Shown here: piece by piece, positions 36,810-51,565 of the stretch
Numbering within the stretch: the stretch's first letter is position 1
How the letters are laid out: each line of letters opens with the position of its first letter
The notes under the pieces: model-generated
Told to the model about the DNA's origin: nothing
The model's database searches: none
Seen by the model: the letters and a program-made list of their open reading frames with translations, nothing else
Made by a program: the position numbers and the translations under genes
Assembly: GCA_030704615.1 (NCBI GenBank)
Contig: CM060732.1
Span: 2,356,001-2,420,000, forward strand
DNA: 64,000 bases
Direction of reading: 5' to 3'
From: Takakia lepidozioides
Taxonomy: Eukaryota > Plantae > Bryophyta

Positions 36810-39760
36810 ACCATGACCACAGCTTCTGAAAGAGGATCAAGAGAGGGAGTCCACAATGCCTCTTCTGCTGGGCATGTGAAGATGCTTTGTGAGGCAGGCA
36901 GACTGACAGAGGCTCTACAACTTTAAACTAACAAGGCATTTCAGCAGATTCAGATACGTCTTCTGTCTCTTGCTTAAGTGCATCAAGATGAAAGGTCTGG
37001 AAGCTGGAAACAGGTGCACACTCACATTATCCAAAGTGATTAACGCCAAATGTTTTTCTACTCAACACCCTTGTCAACATGTATGTTAAGTGTGGGAGCA
37101 TCATGGATGCTCACCAGGTTTTCCACAGAATGCCTCGACCATCTTTGATCACGTGGAATATAATGTTGGCAGGATTTACCAAGCATGGGTGTGGTAGGAA
37201 TGCTTTGGAGACCTATGAGCAAATGTTGCACATCACGTTCGTTTTGTGTTTGCAATTCGTGTGCAAGCCTGGGAGCCCTGGAAAAGGGGAAAAGGTCCAT
37301 GATACATCGTGAAAGCTGGAATTGTACCAGATGTGATTCTGAACAACACCCTCGGGGACATACATGTCAAATGTGGGCATTGAGGACGGGGAGGGAGTGT
37401 TCAACAATATGGCTGAACGAGATTTGGTGTCATGGAACGCCATGCTTGCAGGGTATGCACTACAAGGGGGTGGGATGGAGGCCTTGGAGACCTATGAGCA
37501 AATGATGGTGGAAGGGGTGAAGCGCAACCACATCGTGTTTGTGTGCGTTTGCAGTGCGTGTGCAAGCCTGGCAGCCCTGGAAAAGGGCAAAGAGGTGCAT
37601 GGTTGCATCGCCAAAGCTAGAATTGTACCAAATGTGATTATGAACAATACCCTCGTGGACATGTATGCCAAATGTGGGTGCATTGAGGATGCATGGGAGT
37701 GTTCGACATGGCTGAACGAAATGTGGTGTCGTGGAACGCGATGATCGCAGGATATGCCCAGCATGGTCATAGGGAGGTCCTGCAAGAAGGAAATGCAAAA
37801 GAATGGCTTGAAGCTGGACAGTCTCACCTTTATATGTGTTCTCTCTGCATGCAGCCACACTGGCCTACTGAATGAAGGAAATCAAGATCATGGTGTCACT
37901 CCGACAGTAAAGCACTTTGGCTGTATGGTGGACCTTCTTGGACGTGCGGGACAACTGGATGAGGCAGTGGATCTGATTAATAAGATGCCAATCAATCCAG
38001 ATCTTGTGGTGTGGAAGGCCGTGCTTGGTGCCTGCAGAATCCATGGCAATGTGGAGATGGCTGAACGTGCGGCAACATCTATCCTCAAATGGGATGAACA
38101 GGATGCCGTGACTTATGTGTTGGTATCAAACATGTATGCTGCAGCTGGCAGGTGGGATGATACTGCAAAGGTGAGAAGAATGATGAAGGTCAGAGGGGTT
38201 AGAAAGCAGCCAGGTCGCTGCTGCATTGGGGTTGGCAACAGGGGCACACCTGCTGTAGATGACAAGTTGCATCCCAATTAAGGAAATCCATGCTGAGCTG
38301 AGAAGATTGTCTGGGCAGATGAAAGGAGGCGGGGTATGTGTCTGATACGCACTTTGTATTGCATGATGTGGGGGAGGAGGAAAAGGAATTTTCTCTTTGC
38401 CACCACAGTGAGAGGCTGGCCATTGGTTTTGGGCTGATCAGGTTTGTGTGCGGTTGCAGTGCGTGTGCAAGCCTGGCAGCCCTGGAAAAGGGCAAAGAGG
38501 CCCATGGCAACATTGTCAGAGCTGATGTGGTGTCGTAGAACTCGATGCTTGCAGGGTATGCACAGCAGGGGCACTGGATGGAGGCTTTGGCTCCAGATGT
38601 TGTGCTTGGCACACTATGTAAACCCACTATGTAAGACCAGGGAGTAGTTGAGCAGCTCAGTCTCAACCCTTTCCTAGTGCCAACAAATGATGTGGATTCA
38701 CGCCAAAAAGGTCTGGAAGCTGGAAAGCAGGTACACACTCACAAGCATCGCAGGGTATGCAGAGCAGGGCGTGGGATGGTGGATTTGGAGACCTATGATC
38801 AAATGATGGGGAAGGGGTGAAGCCCCAACCACATCACGTTTTTGTGTGATTGCAATGCTTATGCAAGCCTGGCAGCCCTGGAAAAGGTCAAAGAGGTCTA
38901 TGTTGACATTGTCAAAGCTGGAATTGTACCAGATGTCATTCTGAACTCTGCCCTGGTGGACATGTATGCCCATGTGGGTGCATTGAGGATGCAAAGCAAG
39001 GAACTTATGTGTACTCTGTTTATATACTGGGTTGGCAGGGAGGCTTTGGAGATTGTGAATGGGTGATGCTTGCAGGGTATGCACAGCAGGGACATGGTAT
39101 GGAGGCTTTGGAGACCTATGATCAAATATTGATGGGGGAAGGGGTGAAGCCCAACCACATCACGTTGCAGCATACTGGTACTTCACAGCCATGGCGGCTC
39201 TCTCAGCCCTCCATTTTTTTTTTTTTTGGTTTTTTTGGCGCTGGGAGAGAGCAGCAGCTCTGCTGTCTCCTTCCCCTTGCTTATGCCGATCGTTAAAGGG
39301 GAAATTGTCATTCTGAACTCTGCCTTGGTGGACATGTATGCCAAATGTGGGTGCAGCAAGCCTGATGTGAAGGGAGAGTTTGACAATATGGCTGAACGAG
39401 TTGTGGTATTTTGGAGTGCCATGATTGCAAGGTATGTGCAGCATGGGTATGGGATTAAGGCTTTGGAAACATAAGAGCAAATGATGTGGGAAGGGATGAA
39501 GCCAGACCAGGCCGTCATGTTCATTTGTTTTTGTAATATGCATATGCGAGCCTAGCAGCCCTGGGAAGAGGCAAAGAGGTTTATGGTGACATTATCCAAG
39601 CTGGAATTGTACCAGATGTCATTCTGAACATTCCCCTGGTGTACATCTACGTCAAATGTGAGCCTGGCAGCCATCAAAAGGGCACAAAAGGTCCATGATG
39701 ACATCGTCAAAGCTGGTTGTCACTCTAAACACTGCCTTGGTGGATATGTATTTCAAGGCA
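36810..39760 (+). pseudogene. Disrupted PLS-class PPR gene with E/E+ and truncated DYW domain, followed by scrambled PPR fragments
   Basis: LVDMYAKCG, VSWNAM and TFVCV..ACA repeats; E domain WKAVLGACRIHG..YVLVSNMYAAAGRW; DYW start ..[15 protein letters not shown], then a break. Many stops and frameshifts. Confidence 0.88.
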
Positions 39761-40379
39761 GCCCTGGAAGTGGATGTCACTTTGGGTGACAAGGTAGCTG
39801 GCACCACCATTCTCTGGAACTACCTGAATTCATTCTCAAAATGATTTCTAATGTTCTCTTGACATGTCCACGATAGTGCTGGACCTAGCTGCACAGCAGA
39901 TTATCCTTACTCAATGACTTCAGTTGGGCAGTGATCTATGGATATGGCAACATGGCCCTCATGTTGGTCATTTGTAGAATGTGGCCAAAACTTGTTTTGC
40001 AAATCACTCTTGATATGAAACCAGTTTTGAGCCATCCAAATGTTTTTGGTTCCGACCTGTATTTGTATTCTATGTTTTGTTGTATTTGTAATATATTTTC
40101 AATGCAGTGCAGCGAATCAAAAAATTTAAATACAATATCCACTAATTCACATACGTACAGATATAAACTAAAAGTAAATGAAAAAAACGAAACAACAGTA
40201 ATAAAAAAAAAACCAAATATTAAATAAAAAGCCTCCCAATTCATATATATTATATTTATATGTATATATGTATATATACCTCCAGAGTGAAACATATTTA
40301 CTAAACTGTGTCCTCTTTTACTGCTTCACAGTAGAATATTACAATATACAAAGTCAAGCAAACTCACTATCACTGATTA

Positions 40380-40756
40380 CAGTCAAACCGTATACTAAAC
40401 ATCATGGAACATAGTCAATATGTTCCACTTCAGTTAAACCACTTTACTACACGTCATGCATCCATGTCACTCTGCCCTTAAGCCACTCACTAACGTCATG
40501 CATCCACCTTATAATTCAGTTAAACCACTTTACTACACGTCATAGCCATGTCATAGCCACGTCGCATCCACGTCACCCCCTAGGTTTTACTGTCACATTT
40601 CACTGTCAGAACCTGGCATCTGGATTTGACTGCTTGACTGAAACGACTTGACCTTTGTCACGCATGTTCGACTATGGAGGCTGGGAGTAAAAATGTCGCA
40701 AATGACTCAAAAATGAGTCAAATACAGAGTCGAAAAGCCCAGCTTGTATTGTAGTG
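40380..40756. mobile_element. Possible CACTA transposon terminus
   Basis: Ends in TTGTAGTG (reverse complement CACTACAA) after repeated CACGTCA subterminal-like motifs. Partner end not identified. Confidence 0.4.
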
Positions 40757-40879
40757 CAATCTCCCCACACCACCCCACCCCCTTCCCAATTCACCACACC
40801 CTTAAACTAATTCTCCAAAAGCTCTTTACCCCCCCCGCCAACCGCTCATAAACCCCGCCACACATCCCAAACCCCACCC

Positions 40880-43800
40880 TCCATGTATTGTCCCCGAGGT
40901 CGATATCCTCTATCCCTAGGTAAGTCTAAACATTTCTATCACCACCCCCCCAAACCCAAACAACCTGCACACGGACATCTGCCTTACCCTATTACTTCTC
41001 CGTTGTGGGGACATACACCCAAATCGTGGGCCATCTACCCTTGCGGAAATCATCAGCGAGTCCCCTACCGATGCACAAGATAGATATGCACTATACTTTC
41101 AGCCGAACACCATGTCACTGATGAACAACTATAGACATATCACCGACCACTTTGCCCCCTCTTCCCCGCACCACCCACCGGCCACCACCCACCAACGGCC
41201 AATGTTACAACCTTTGGACTTCCCACGAGTCCCTACCCGGCATTCTCCAAAACCCTAAAAAACCTCCAAGCATTCCCACAGTCCCATCTTCTATTCGCTC
41301 TCATAATCCTCATCTCTCCCTTGCCTGATACGTGTAATGGTTTTCTTCACTCTCACTCTCCATCCCTACTCCGTCCCTTCCTTTTACAATTACAAAGCCT
41401 GCCCCTGCACCCCCACAGCTATTTAGCACTGCCACATCCTCTACACCCCCTCCATTCATTGCTCAATCTTCTACAGTCCCACCCAGGTACAATTCATAAA
41501 GCCCTAGGTGACCACTTGGCTACTGGTCATCACCACCCCAGACCCGGACCCTACTGCAACCACTCAAAAATTCCCAGTCCTTTCCCAAGACATCCTCCTA
41601 GCCACGCTAAAGGCCACCACCCCCCTTCCGGGTTTCTCCTCATCCCCGTTACCTACACCGCCCCCACCCCTCCCTATACCTACACATCCCGCCACGCCAG
41701 CCTCTATGCCCTGCACTAGCAATAGTTCCCTTATTATCACCTCATGGAACGTCGGCTCTCTAGCTACTAGTATACAGAGCCTCATTCACCTCACCACTGA
41801 CTCCCACCCCCACATCATCCTACTACAAGAAACCAGTAACACCAACAGCTCGTACATTAACAAACTTCTCTCGGACTACTACCTGCTATACAACAACCCA
41901 GTCACTACGCCATAGTGCCTCCTCAGACGCTCTACACCTTACAAGCCGGCCACAAGAGGTGGGGTGGCATTTGGCATTTTGCGCTCGCACCATTCCCCTA
42001 GCTCCACCACTAAGATAACCATACCTATCCATCTTAGGTCCCACCTCCAAATCTTACACCTCCACCCCCCGGCTCTCTGCCCTATTCCCATTCATCTCTA
42101 CATGCCATCCCACATCGAGGACCTCCCATTTATCACTGAAATTCTCAGTATCATCTCCGCGACAATTACTCACCCAACTCTTCAACATGACCACATCATA
42201 TTGGCCGGCGACTTTAACAGGGATATTGCACTCCTCGGCCACACTTTCAATGGCACGCATAGGCCACCCTCCTAAGCTGACCGAGACTGGGCCCAATTCA
42301 TCTCCTACCATCTCCTCGCATATATCCCCTCAGACCACCACTACTCAGGCAAGGCGGACTTAATTACTCCTCACTAAGCCTCATAGATGGATTCTACCTC
42401 CGTACCAGCGAGGCCATCCCCCCCCCCATCTGATGAGCCACGTACACATTGATAGTCTATGTAATTCCGACCACTACCACCACTTTTCCCTCTCCCTCCC
42501 ACCATCACTCGTCCCCTTCCAACCACTTCCCGTCACGCAGACACCACCCCCTCAACCACGTCTCCCTCCACTCTACCCCAAAGTAATATATCCGACTTCA
42601 AATCTCATTTCCAACCAGCTGCCTCCGCCTTAATACTAGACCTCTTGCACACCCTATCCGACTCGAACCTTTCCCAACTAAACCACGTGGCTCAAAGTTG
42701 AACGTACTCTCACATCCATCCTACAACTCATGACCAGCAGTGTACTAACCACCTGCTCCGCTCCCCCAGAACTCCCTCAAACCCCCCTGATCACAACAAA
42801 ACGGGGGCTACATCATACGTACTCAAAAACGAGAATGGACTTCCCATCTCAACACATACCACACCATACATCGTGCCCTCACGATCGTCCCCAGCGCACC
42901 CACCACCAACCCACTCAATAACTGGTTCACTAACCGCCGTATCTCGTGCTTAAACTCTATCCCCCCTTGCCAACCACTTCTACCCCCGCCGTCTGACCCC
43001 AAAGCCATCCCCAATTGGGTTGCCGCCCTAGCCAAGATCGGCAGGGATGCAAAGAAGGGTGCATACAACATCACCAAACAAAAAGCCACTGCCAACCATA
43101 AGAAATTTGTCTCATCCTTCGGGAAACTTTTACGTGACCACCTTAAGCGCGCCCACAAAGCCATCTTCAACCCTGCCCTCAACCCCCCTATCGATTGCCT
43201 TAGGCACCGACAAGGCTACCTCGTAACCCAACCGGGCGATATAAAGAATGAAATATGGGCGCAAGCCTCAGCCTCCTACACACCCACAATCAAAGGACTG
43301 CCTCCACCCCAACAAGCATGCTAGTGGCTGCTTATGCAGTGTCAAACACTACCCCTGGCATGACATCGACGGATTCTCCCTAGATCAACGTGGGGCCCCT
43401 GGGGATAGTATCCTCTCGTTCTTCACAATAGCTATTTATGACTCATGACTCAAATCTTTATCCAAATCCAAAGCCCCTGGTCCCAATCTCATCCCCAATG
43501 TCATACTCCAAGCCCTAGACCACCATTTTCACTCCCTCTTATTCAAAATTTTTCACCTCTGTTATCCCCATCATGGAAACATGGCCGTACTATCCTCCTC
43601 TACAAGAAAGGGGCCCCCACCGATCTCGGCAACTACCGCCCTATAGTTCTAGCCAACACCATATACAAACTATTCACTAGTACGCTAACCACAATGCTCT
43701 CATGCTATGGGGAGCACCACCGCATTCTTAGTGACCCCCAAGAAGGCTTTCGCGCCACTCGTAGTACCACTCACCAAATACAATATGTTCTATCCGCACT

Positions 43801-45000
43801 CGAAGACGCCAAACTCACTAACCAGGACATCTACCTCCTGTACATTGACTTTAAAAATGCCTTTGGATCTCTTGACCATGCCCGACTTCTCGCGGACCTG
43901 GGCTATCCCACCGATGCTATTCAACTCATCGGCGACATCTATATACTGGCAGCTCCATAGAATATTCTGGCTCATACTACGGTTCCACCCCCCCCTATCC
44001 CAATTCTGAGAGACATTATCCAAGGTGACACCCTAAGCCCTTACCTGTTCATCATCTTCCTAGAACCCCTTCTTATATGGATCGACCAAGGCAAAATAGG
44101 CTATCGATACAAAACCTCTAACAATACCATCTCTACTGCTGCCTATGCAGACGACCTTGCCATACTCGCCCACTCCCCTCAACATCTCAACCGACAAGCA
44201 GACAAGCTATCTAGATTCAACCAATGGTCTGGCATGGAGCTTAGCCTCCACAAATGCACTATCACCGCAGCTACCCATCATAGCAAATTCACCAAGGCCA
44301 CGACGGCCTCACACTGCAAATTGCATATCCACTACCAAAACAAAAACTTTCCCTTCTTAGGCCCTGATGAACCCTACACCTACCTAGGCATACAACTAGT
44401 CCCATCCCTCACCTAGCATCTCCAAAAATCCACTACGATCGCAAAATTGACTGACAGAAGCACGGCCCTCCTCAAATCCCATGTATCCATCCGCCCCAAA
44501 CTCTCCCTCATTCAAACTGTACTCAAACCCCAAGTCCAATGCTCTTTTCACACAACTCCCTTCTCTCTCCCAGATCTCAAATTAATCGACAAACATTTCA
44601 TTCAGCTCACTAAACGTATATGTGGCCTACCCACCAGCACTCCCAATGCCCTTACCCAGCTCCCAACTGACAGCTATGGCATAGGTATTATCCCGCTACT
44701 TACCTCTTACGCCCGCACCCTGGGCAAGTAACTTCAAGAAGCCCTCAACAACCCTGGCCGGCTAGGCCTTATCTATAGAGGTCTCCTTCAATTCCTGGCT
44801 ACCAAATATAACGGCCTCCACTCCCTACCCACCCTCTACCCCCAATCTTGTCTCCACTCTCCCACAACTAGAACCCTCTACATCCTTCGACAAATGAACA
44901 TTAGCATACAAACCAATCTTCCTAGCTATCCTAACACCATTTCACCTCTTGAACAAGCCTGGTGTCGCACACCTCACTTCGGTAAGCTCCCCTTCAAGTT
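40880..45000 (+). mobile_element. Degenerate LINE with AP endonuclease and RT, Dualen/RandI-like
   Basis: ITSWNV, ILLQET, ILAGDFN, SDH (APE); LGNYRPIVLANTIYKLFT, QEGFR, EDAKLTNQDIYLLYIDFKNAF, IIQGDTLSPYLF, AYADDL (RT). Strongly C-rich coding strand. Clade assignment is tentative. Confidence 0.82.
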
Positions 45001-46581
45001 ATAGTTACTCGCTTTGATGCGCACGCCTAACTCCAACCTGGCCGCCGGGCCAACTCAGAGCTTCGGCTGCTCACCGGGACATAACGGTCCCCCTTTCTTC
45101 CCCCAACAGACCCTCCACCAATTTGGGACTAGTGGAAATTCCCTTTGGTGGATGGCAGTCCGAAATAGCTCCCCACTCCTTGGTCGCTTTCCGGCTCGCT
45201 CGCTTACTCACTAGTTTTTGGTCACCAACGGGCTTGCACCGTTCTCGGGGTTACTACTCCCTATATATACTTCTGTGACTGTCCGCGGGGGTTTCACAAA
45301 CAACCATGCCATTTTATGGCGAACCACCACGAAGACCCTCGATTCCCGGTGATGAGTCGCGGTGAGTCTTGGCCCACCCACCACGGCCCCATTGAACCGT
45401 GGTGAGTCCCAAGACTCCCCACGACTCCCACCACAAGGTCTCCGCCCCATCGGGAGTCCTATGCCACCCCCACTAAGTCCCACTAAGCTACCACCACCCC
45501 TTGTGGAGCCACCCCCACCGCAACCCGTGTGCGGGGCTCCACCTAGTGAGTGCCTCCGCCTCCTTGAGTGCCTTGGGCACTCAAGGTTGCTTCAGCCCCC
45601 CGTACCTATTGCTGCCACCGCCCCCACCACAGGGGCAGCCCTCTGCGTCCCGACCCCCTGCCCTCAAGGCACAGGGCCGCGACACACACCCCTACCAACA
45701 AGGAGTCGATGTCCTCATCGACTTGTCCATTTTGTAGAAACGAACATCCAAGTTGTGGCGTCCCACAACAAGGAGTTTGTTTCCGCACCATGGCATCCCA
45801 TGGCAAAGAACCAAACCCCACACTTGACTCTACTCTCCACTAGCTAGTTCGGCCGACTTTCTCCAAGTCCCAGCCAAGGGTGGAGCCTCTCAAGCTCCTC
45901 CCAGTGCACTCTTCTTGGCCTACTTCAAGGCCAATGAACAATCATCCCCGAGGATTGAATCGCCTTACTGCAACAACATTGCTTGCGACCGCTCATGATG
46001 CCCTTTTTGGCACTTGAGCAAGGATTCACCTTGAACCTTTTTTTACTAGGAAGATAACCTTGAATCAACCGTGCGCCCCAATCACTACAATTGGATCCGC
46101 CTTGGAATGTTGGCCTGAGGTACGGGAACATGCCGAAGCCGCAATACGACTTCGTCCCGAGGCTACACGATTATAGTACGTGAACGGAAGCACGTAGGTT
46201 CCGCGTTAGCCCACACTACAAGGCAACCCGCTCGGTAGCGCAGTTATAGTACACGCACGGCCCAGGTGCGCACTAGCACGTGAACTCCCAAAGAAGGCGC
46301 AAGTTTCTTTGCCCCTTGGATGGGAGTCACCCGATTTTGGCTCTGCGCAAACACACGATTAATCCAATTTACCTCTCCCACTTTTGTAAGCTAGCATGCA
46401 TTCTACACACTAGCCAACCATACCATGCATCACCATTCCAAATAAAATAGGAGGCGCAACATTTGGAAACCATTTCATTTATAAATTTGTACAACACAAG
46501 TTTTTGCAATCGGATTCTTGGGCTAGCTAAGCCGGGCTAAGCATGCATTTCCTCCCCCACGATCCAAGGTTGATGTCCCCA

Positions 46582-49100
46582 TCAACGCTTCTTCCGCTTT
46601 TGAGATCGCCCTTCGAAAGCTGTAACCGCCTCGGATACGTTTCCCATTTCTGAGGCACGCACCCAAGATGCCTCCACATGATGATAGCCCTTCCATTTCA
46701 CGAGATACTCCATTTCTCGATTCTTAACCTCCTCGACTTAAGCACTGCCTCCACCTCGTACTCAGGTTCATTTTCATGATCCAACAGCATAGGTAGCGGA
46801 AAGGGTCCCGCATACGGAGGTATGAACTTCTGACTCACTTCGGGAGGTAGTCAAAATTCTTGATGTTCAACCAGACCTCCGTGTCTGCCTCAAACTTGAC
46901 TTCCCTCCACTTCCGATTTGCCTGCCGTTCATACCGTTTCCTAGCTTTGGCGATGTTGTACTTTGCGAGCTTCAACAAGCGCTCGCGTTCCTCCAACACC
47001 GCTGCTGCGGCTAGTTCCTCAACGTCTTGGGCAGCCCAACTTGTCAACACTAGAGGTGCTTTTCCATAGACCAATACGAAAGGGGAAACACTCGTTGCGG
47101 AGTGTTTTGTGTTATTATAACAGAACTCTGCCGCGTCCAAGTGCTCTACCCAGTCCGATTGGTCCGTCGACACGTAATTCCGTAAGATCTGCTTCACCAC
47201 GAAATTCACCCTTTCCGTTTGGCCGTCCGTCGTAGGTCGGAAGGCGGTGCTCATCTTGAGCCTCGTCCCCATCTTCTTCCAAAGTGCCCTCCAAAATTTA
47301 CTCGTAAACTTTGGATCGCGGTCCGAGACAATATCCTTCGGGAGTCCATGATGCTTGAAGACGTAGGCGAAGTAAAGTCGTCCCATCTCTTGCGCCGTTG
47401 CCGTCTCCTTGGTGGGGATGAAATGGCCCATTTTACTGAACCTATCCACCACCACCATGATTGCATCGAATCCTTTCGACAGCGGCATAGCAGTCATGAA
47501 ATCCATCGAAACACTTTCCCAAGACCCCTCTGGAATCGGCAAGGGTTGTAACAGCCCCGCTTGCTTTTTGTACTCGCTCCGGTTTTGTGGGCATGTGGTG
47601 CATGTCTTGACAGACTCCTCGGCCTCCTCCCTTAGTTTGGGCCAGAAATACTCTTTCTTCAAGAGTGCCGCGGTGCGCTTGGCTCCGTCGTGGCCCGCAA
47701 GCAGACCATCATGGCATTCTCTCAAGAGACTATCTCTGATCCCTCCCTTCGGCACATGAGACGCTTTTGTTTGTACCGGAGCAGTCCATTTTGCAAGTGG
47801 AACTGCGATTTAACCCCCATCCTCAAGTCCCGCATCACGGACTTCGCCATCTCATCCTTCCGGTAAGCCTTCCGGATCTTCCTTTGGAGCGTCGTCTCGC
47901 CCCTGTACACCAGCATGAGCTGCTGTTTTCTACTTAAAGCATCGGCCACCACATTGTCCCGTCCCGGTTTGTACTGGATATCCATGTTGAACACCGCCAA
48001 AGTATCTTGCCACCTAAGTTGTTTTGGGGACAACTTAGGCTGCGTGGCAAAATACTTCACCGTGACATTGTCCGTGAATACCTTCACCGGGTTGGAACCA
48101 ACATAGTGGCGCCAAAGCTCAAGGCAATGCACCACCGCCTTCATCTCTTTCTCATGCGTTGGCCACCGTCGCTCCACTTCATTCAGTTTCTTACTTTCGT
48201 AAGCCACTGGACGTCCATCTTGCATAAGTACACCCCCAATCACGAAGTCCGATGCATCCGTATGAATCTCAAATGGGCGGTCGAACTCCGGGATTTTCAA
48301 GACTGGAGCTTCCGCCATCCGCTGCTTCAACTCGGCAAAAGCTTGGCCACAAAAGGTGTTCCATACCCATACCTTGGATTTACATAGAAGGTCTGACAGC
48401 GGCCCCACGATCTTGGCAAAATTTCTCACATACTTTCGGTAATAGGAGGCGAGTCCTAGGAAGGATCGCACTCCCGGGACCGAAGTCGGAGGTTCCCAGT
48501 CCAAGATCGCCCTCACCTTTCTGTCATCCATTTTGATCTCATCCTGTGTAATCACATGCCCTAGGAACTCCACTTTTGTGACCCCAAATTCGCACTTTGA
48601 AGCTTTGGCATACAGCTTCTCTTCCCGCAATTTCTAGAACACCCTTTTGATAAAGATGTCGTCGATGTACACGATCACAAAGTCATCCAGCCACTCCTGG
48701 AAAAGGCTATTCATTAGCGTGCTAAAGGTCGCGGGTGCGTTGGTGAGGCCAAAAGGTATCACCAAGAACTCATACGAACCATATCTTGTCCTGCACGCGG
48801 TTTTCTCTTCATCTCCTTCCGCCACTCGGATTTGATGGTAGCCGGAGCGCAAATCGATCCGGCTGAAATACTTTGCTCCTGCCAACCGATCGAAGAGGTC
48901 ATCAATTCTTGGCAAAGGGTACCGGTTCTTGATAGTCACCTTATTCAGAGCCCTGTAGTGGACACACATCAGCAGCATCCCATCCTTCTTGTCTGCGAAT
49001 AGCACCGGGGCTCCGTAAGGTGACTTACTCGGCCGGATGTACCCCTTTGACATTAGATCCTTGAGCTGAGTCTTCAGCTCGACCAACTCTCTGTGGCTCG
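46582..49100 (-). mobile_element. Chromovirus (Ty3/Gypsy) pol: RT, RNase H, integrase, chromodomain
   Basis: [23 protein letters not shown]; HTDASD; MDFM, SDRD, DGQTERVN; C-terminal PEYEVEAVL..KWKGY..EASW (about 46582-46790). Confidence 0.93.
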
Positions 49101-49796
49101 TTAGTGATATCTGTGATCCCCTCATGAAATGGAATGTTGTTAGGCTGATCCCAACCTGGCTGATTAAATGCTTCCCTACTAACCTCATTCCCTTGGTTTG
49201 TCTTGTGATGTGCAGCGACTTCTCTCACACCATCATTACTTGGGCTCACTGTTGGCACTGTTTGTGTGCACTTCTCCCCTTGCTCAAGCTCCAACACTTC
49301 CAAGCTGAGCTCCTTGGCAACCCTTGCTCCCCTTGCTGTGCAATTACGTGCCTCTGATAATATCCTTAAGCCTAAAACGTATTTACCAGTATCTGCTTAG
49401 TCATGTATCCCGTCGATTCAAGGCTGCGCCCCTCAAGCCGACGACCAGTATTGCATCAATGCTCTGCATATCGCCATCTACTCGACCTTCATCCTGCTTC
49501 GTCGTTCATTCATTTGTAGCCTCGTTCGTCCTCCTTAGTGAAAGCACGCATGTTGCCCCCACCGATGAACTGCTTTTAATGCTGACTGTTCATAATCCGT
49601 TCATCCGCACATGCCTTTGGCACATACATCACTATTTTCTACATTCATTCTCTCCAACTTCATCCTACTTCCGTCTGCCCATCATTCGTTTGATAAACCC
49701 CTAGGGTTTTATTGGCACTTGTTTTCCCCTTACAACTGTAAAGTACTCATTTTTTTTTAGAGGAAAGTCCCTTTTCATCAAGTCAGCACACTTACT

Positions 49797-51485
49797 TCAC
49801 TGATGCACTAGCTTGACGTCCCTCAATGATCGTGTCCATCGTTTCTTAGCTACATCCTCGACCATGCATATTCGATCTGACTCCTCCATATTGTCAGTGT
49901 GTGATTTGTCTTTGTAGCCCTGGAATGTGTATGGCCCCTCCCACGCAGGCTCAATACCTTTGCGTTTCCCTGGTTTGAGCATCATGACAAGTTGTTCCTA
50001 CTCCAGCAATTCCAAGTTGGAGTTACTAGTCCTCCGGGCGGCATAACTCCTGCTTCTTACGCCTTGAGAACATTTTCGTGCAATGAGACATCTATTTGAG
50101 CTAAGAGCTCAACTTTCTCCTTCATCATGGTGTTGATGGCATCCTCGTTGTCTCGCAGGTCGACCACTTCTGTGACTCTTCCCCATCGATTGTCTACGTC
50201 CATGCGCAGTTCCCTGCCCTTGAGCACTTTGTATGGGCTGAAACGCGTTGATGTTTGCACTCCTACCCTGTATCCAAACAGCGCTTTGTAAAGGTCATGA
50301 TTCCACTCATTGTTCCCTTGTATGCTTAGAACTCGAATGCTTTGCTTGAGTGATTTGATGATGCGCTCCACCATGCCATTACTCTGTGGCCAGTAGGGCG
50401 CCGATCGATCGTATGCCGAACCTTGCACCTCCCTTGCACACACCTCCTCAAATTCTTTGCCCCACTCAGTGCCCTGGTCCGTGAGCACTATCTTTGGTGT
50501 TCCGTAGCGGACTATAACTTTTTCCTCGAGAAATCGTCTTGCCAATATCGCTGTGTTATCACTGGCCGGTGCTGCCACTATCCGTTCAATATTGGGATCA
50601 ATTGCCATCAGTACATATTTGTTGCCCTTATTTGTCTCTAGCAGTGCCTCTGTAATGTCAGGGAATGCTAGAATGTGAGCCTAGCCACGCGAGCCCAGGA
50701 GTCTGTGAGCCCAAGAGCCTGACGTGAGCACAGTCCACGTGGCACGAGAATGGGGGAAGATGCATGATGTATTTCCACGCACCCATAAACACGGCAAACA
50801 CGGCAAATCGGCAAACACGGCAAACCCTAACCCTAACCCTTAGCGAACTGCCATGTTCGTGATGGGAAACAGCCTGGGAATTAAGGTGACGTCATTACCG
50901 CGGAAACACGGCAAACACGGCAAACCGAGGAAACACTGCAAATCGTAACCCCAAACCCTAACCCTAACCCTAACCCTTAGCGAATTGCCATGTTCGTGGA
51001 GGGAAACAGGGCTGGGAATTAAGGGGGCGTCAGGCACATGAGAATTATTTATATATATATATATATATTCCCGGCATTTGGATAGATGTCGTCGATGATC
51101 ATCTTGAAATCATGATCATGAAAAAACTGAGTGCGTTGACGCACTCAGTTCTCCGCCGGGGGGGGGGGGGGGACGAAATATATTTATTTATTTTTTTTAT
51201 TTTTAATTTCCCCCCCCCCCCCTCCCGGAGAACTGAGTGCGTCAACGCACTCAATTTCTTCATGATCATGATTTCACGATGATCATCGACTACGGTGTTA
51301 TGCGGGTCCGGATTTTCACCTTGGGTACCCGGCGGGTTGGGGGAGGGGAAAAAAATAAATTTTAAATTTAAAAAAAAATAAAAATTGTCCCCCCCTCGCA
51401 GAGAACTGAGTGCGTCAACGCACTCAATTTCTTCATGATCATGATTTTAGGATGATCATCGACGACATCGACGACAGTGTTGTGT

Positions 51486-51519
<34 letters not shown>

Positions 51520-51527
51520 GGGGGGGG

Positions 51528-51565
<38 letters not shown>

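Noticed and set aside
20741-40756. One large CACTA element bounded by CACTACAA (20741) and TTGTAGTG (40756)
   Set aside because: The ends are only partly similar and the flanking triplets differ (AGG versus CAA), so there is no TSD.
45014-46500. LTR or second gag of the chromovirus
   Set aside because: GC-rich and TE-like, but I could not find a matching LTR copy, PBS or clear gag motif.
50820-50980. Telomere or interstitial telomeric array
   Set aside because: Only 3-4 units, located inside a transposon.
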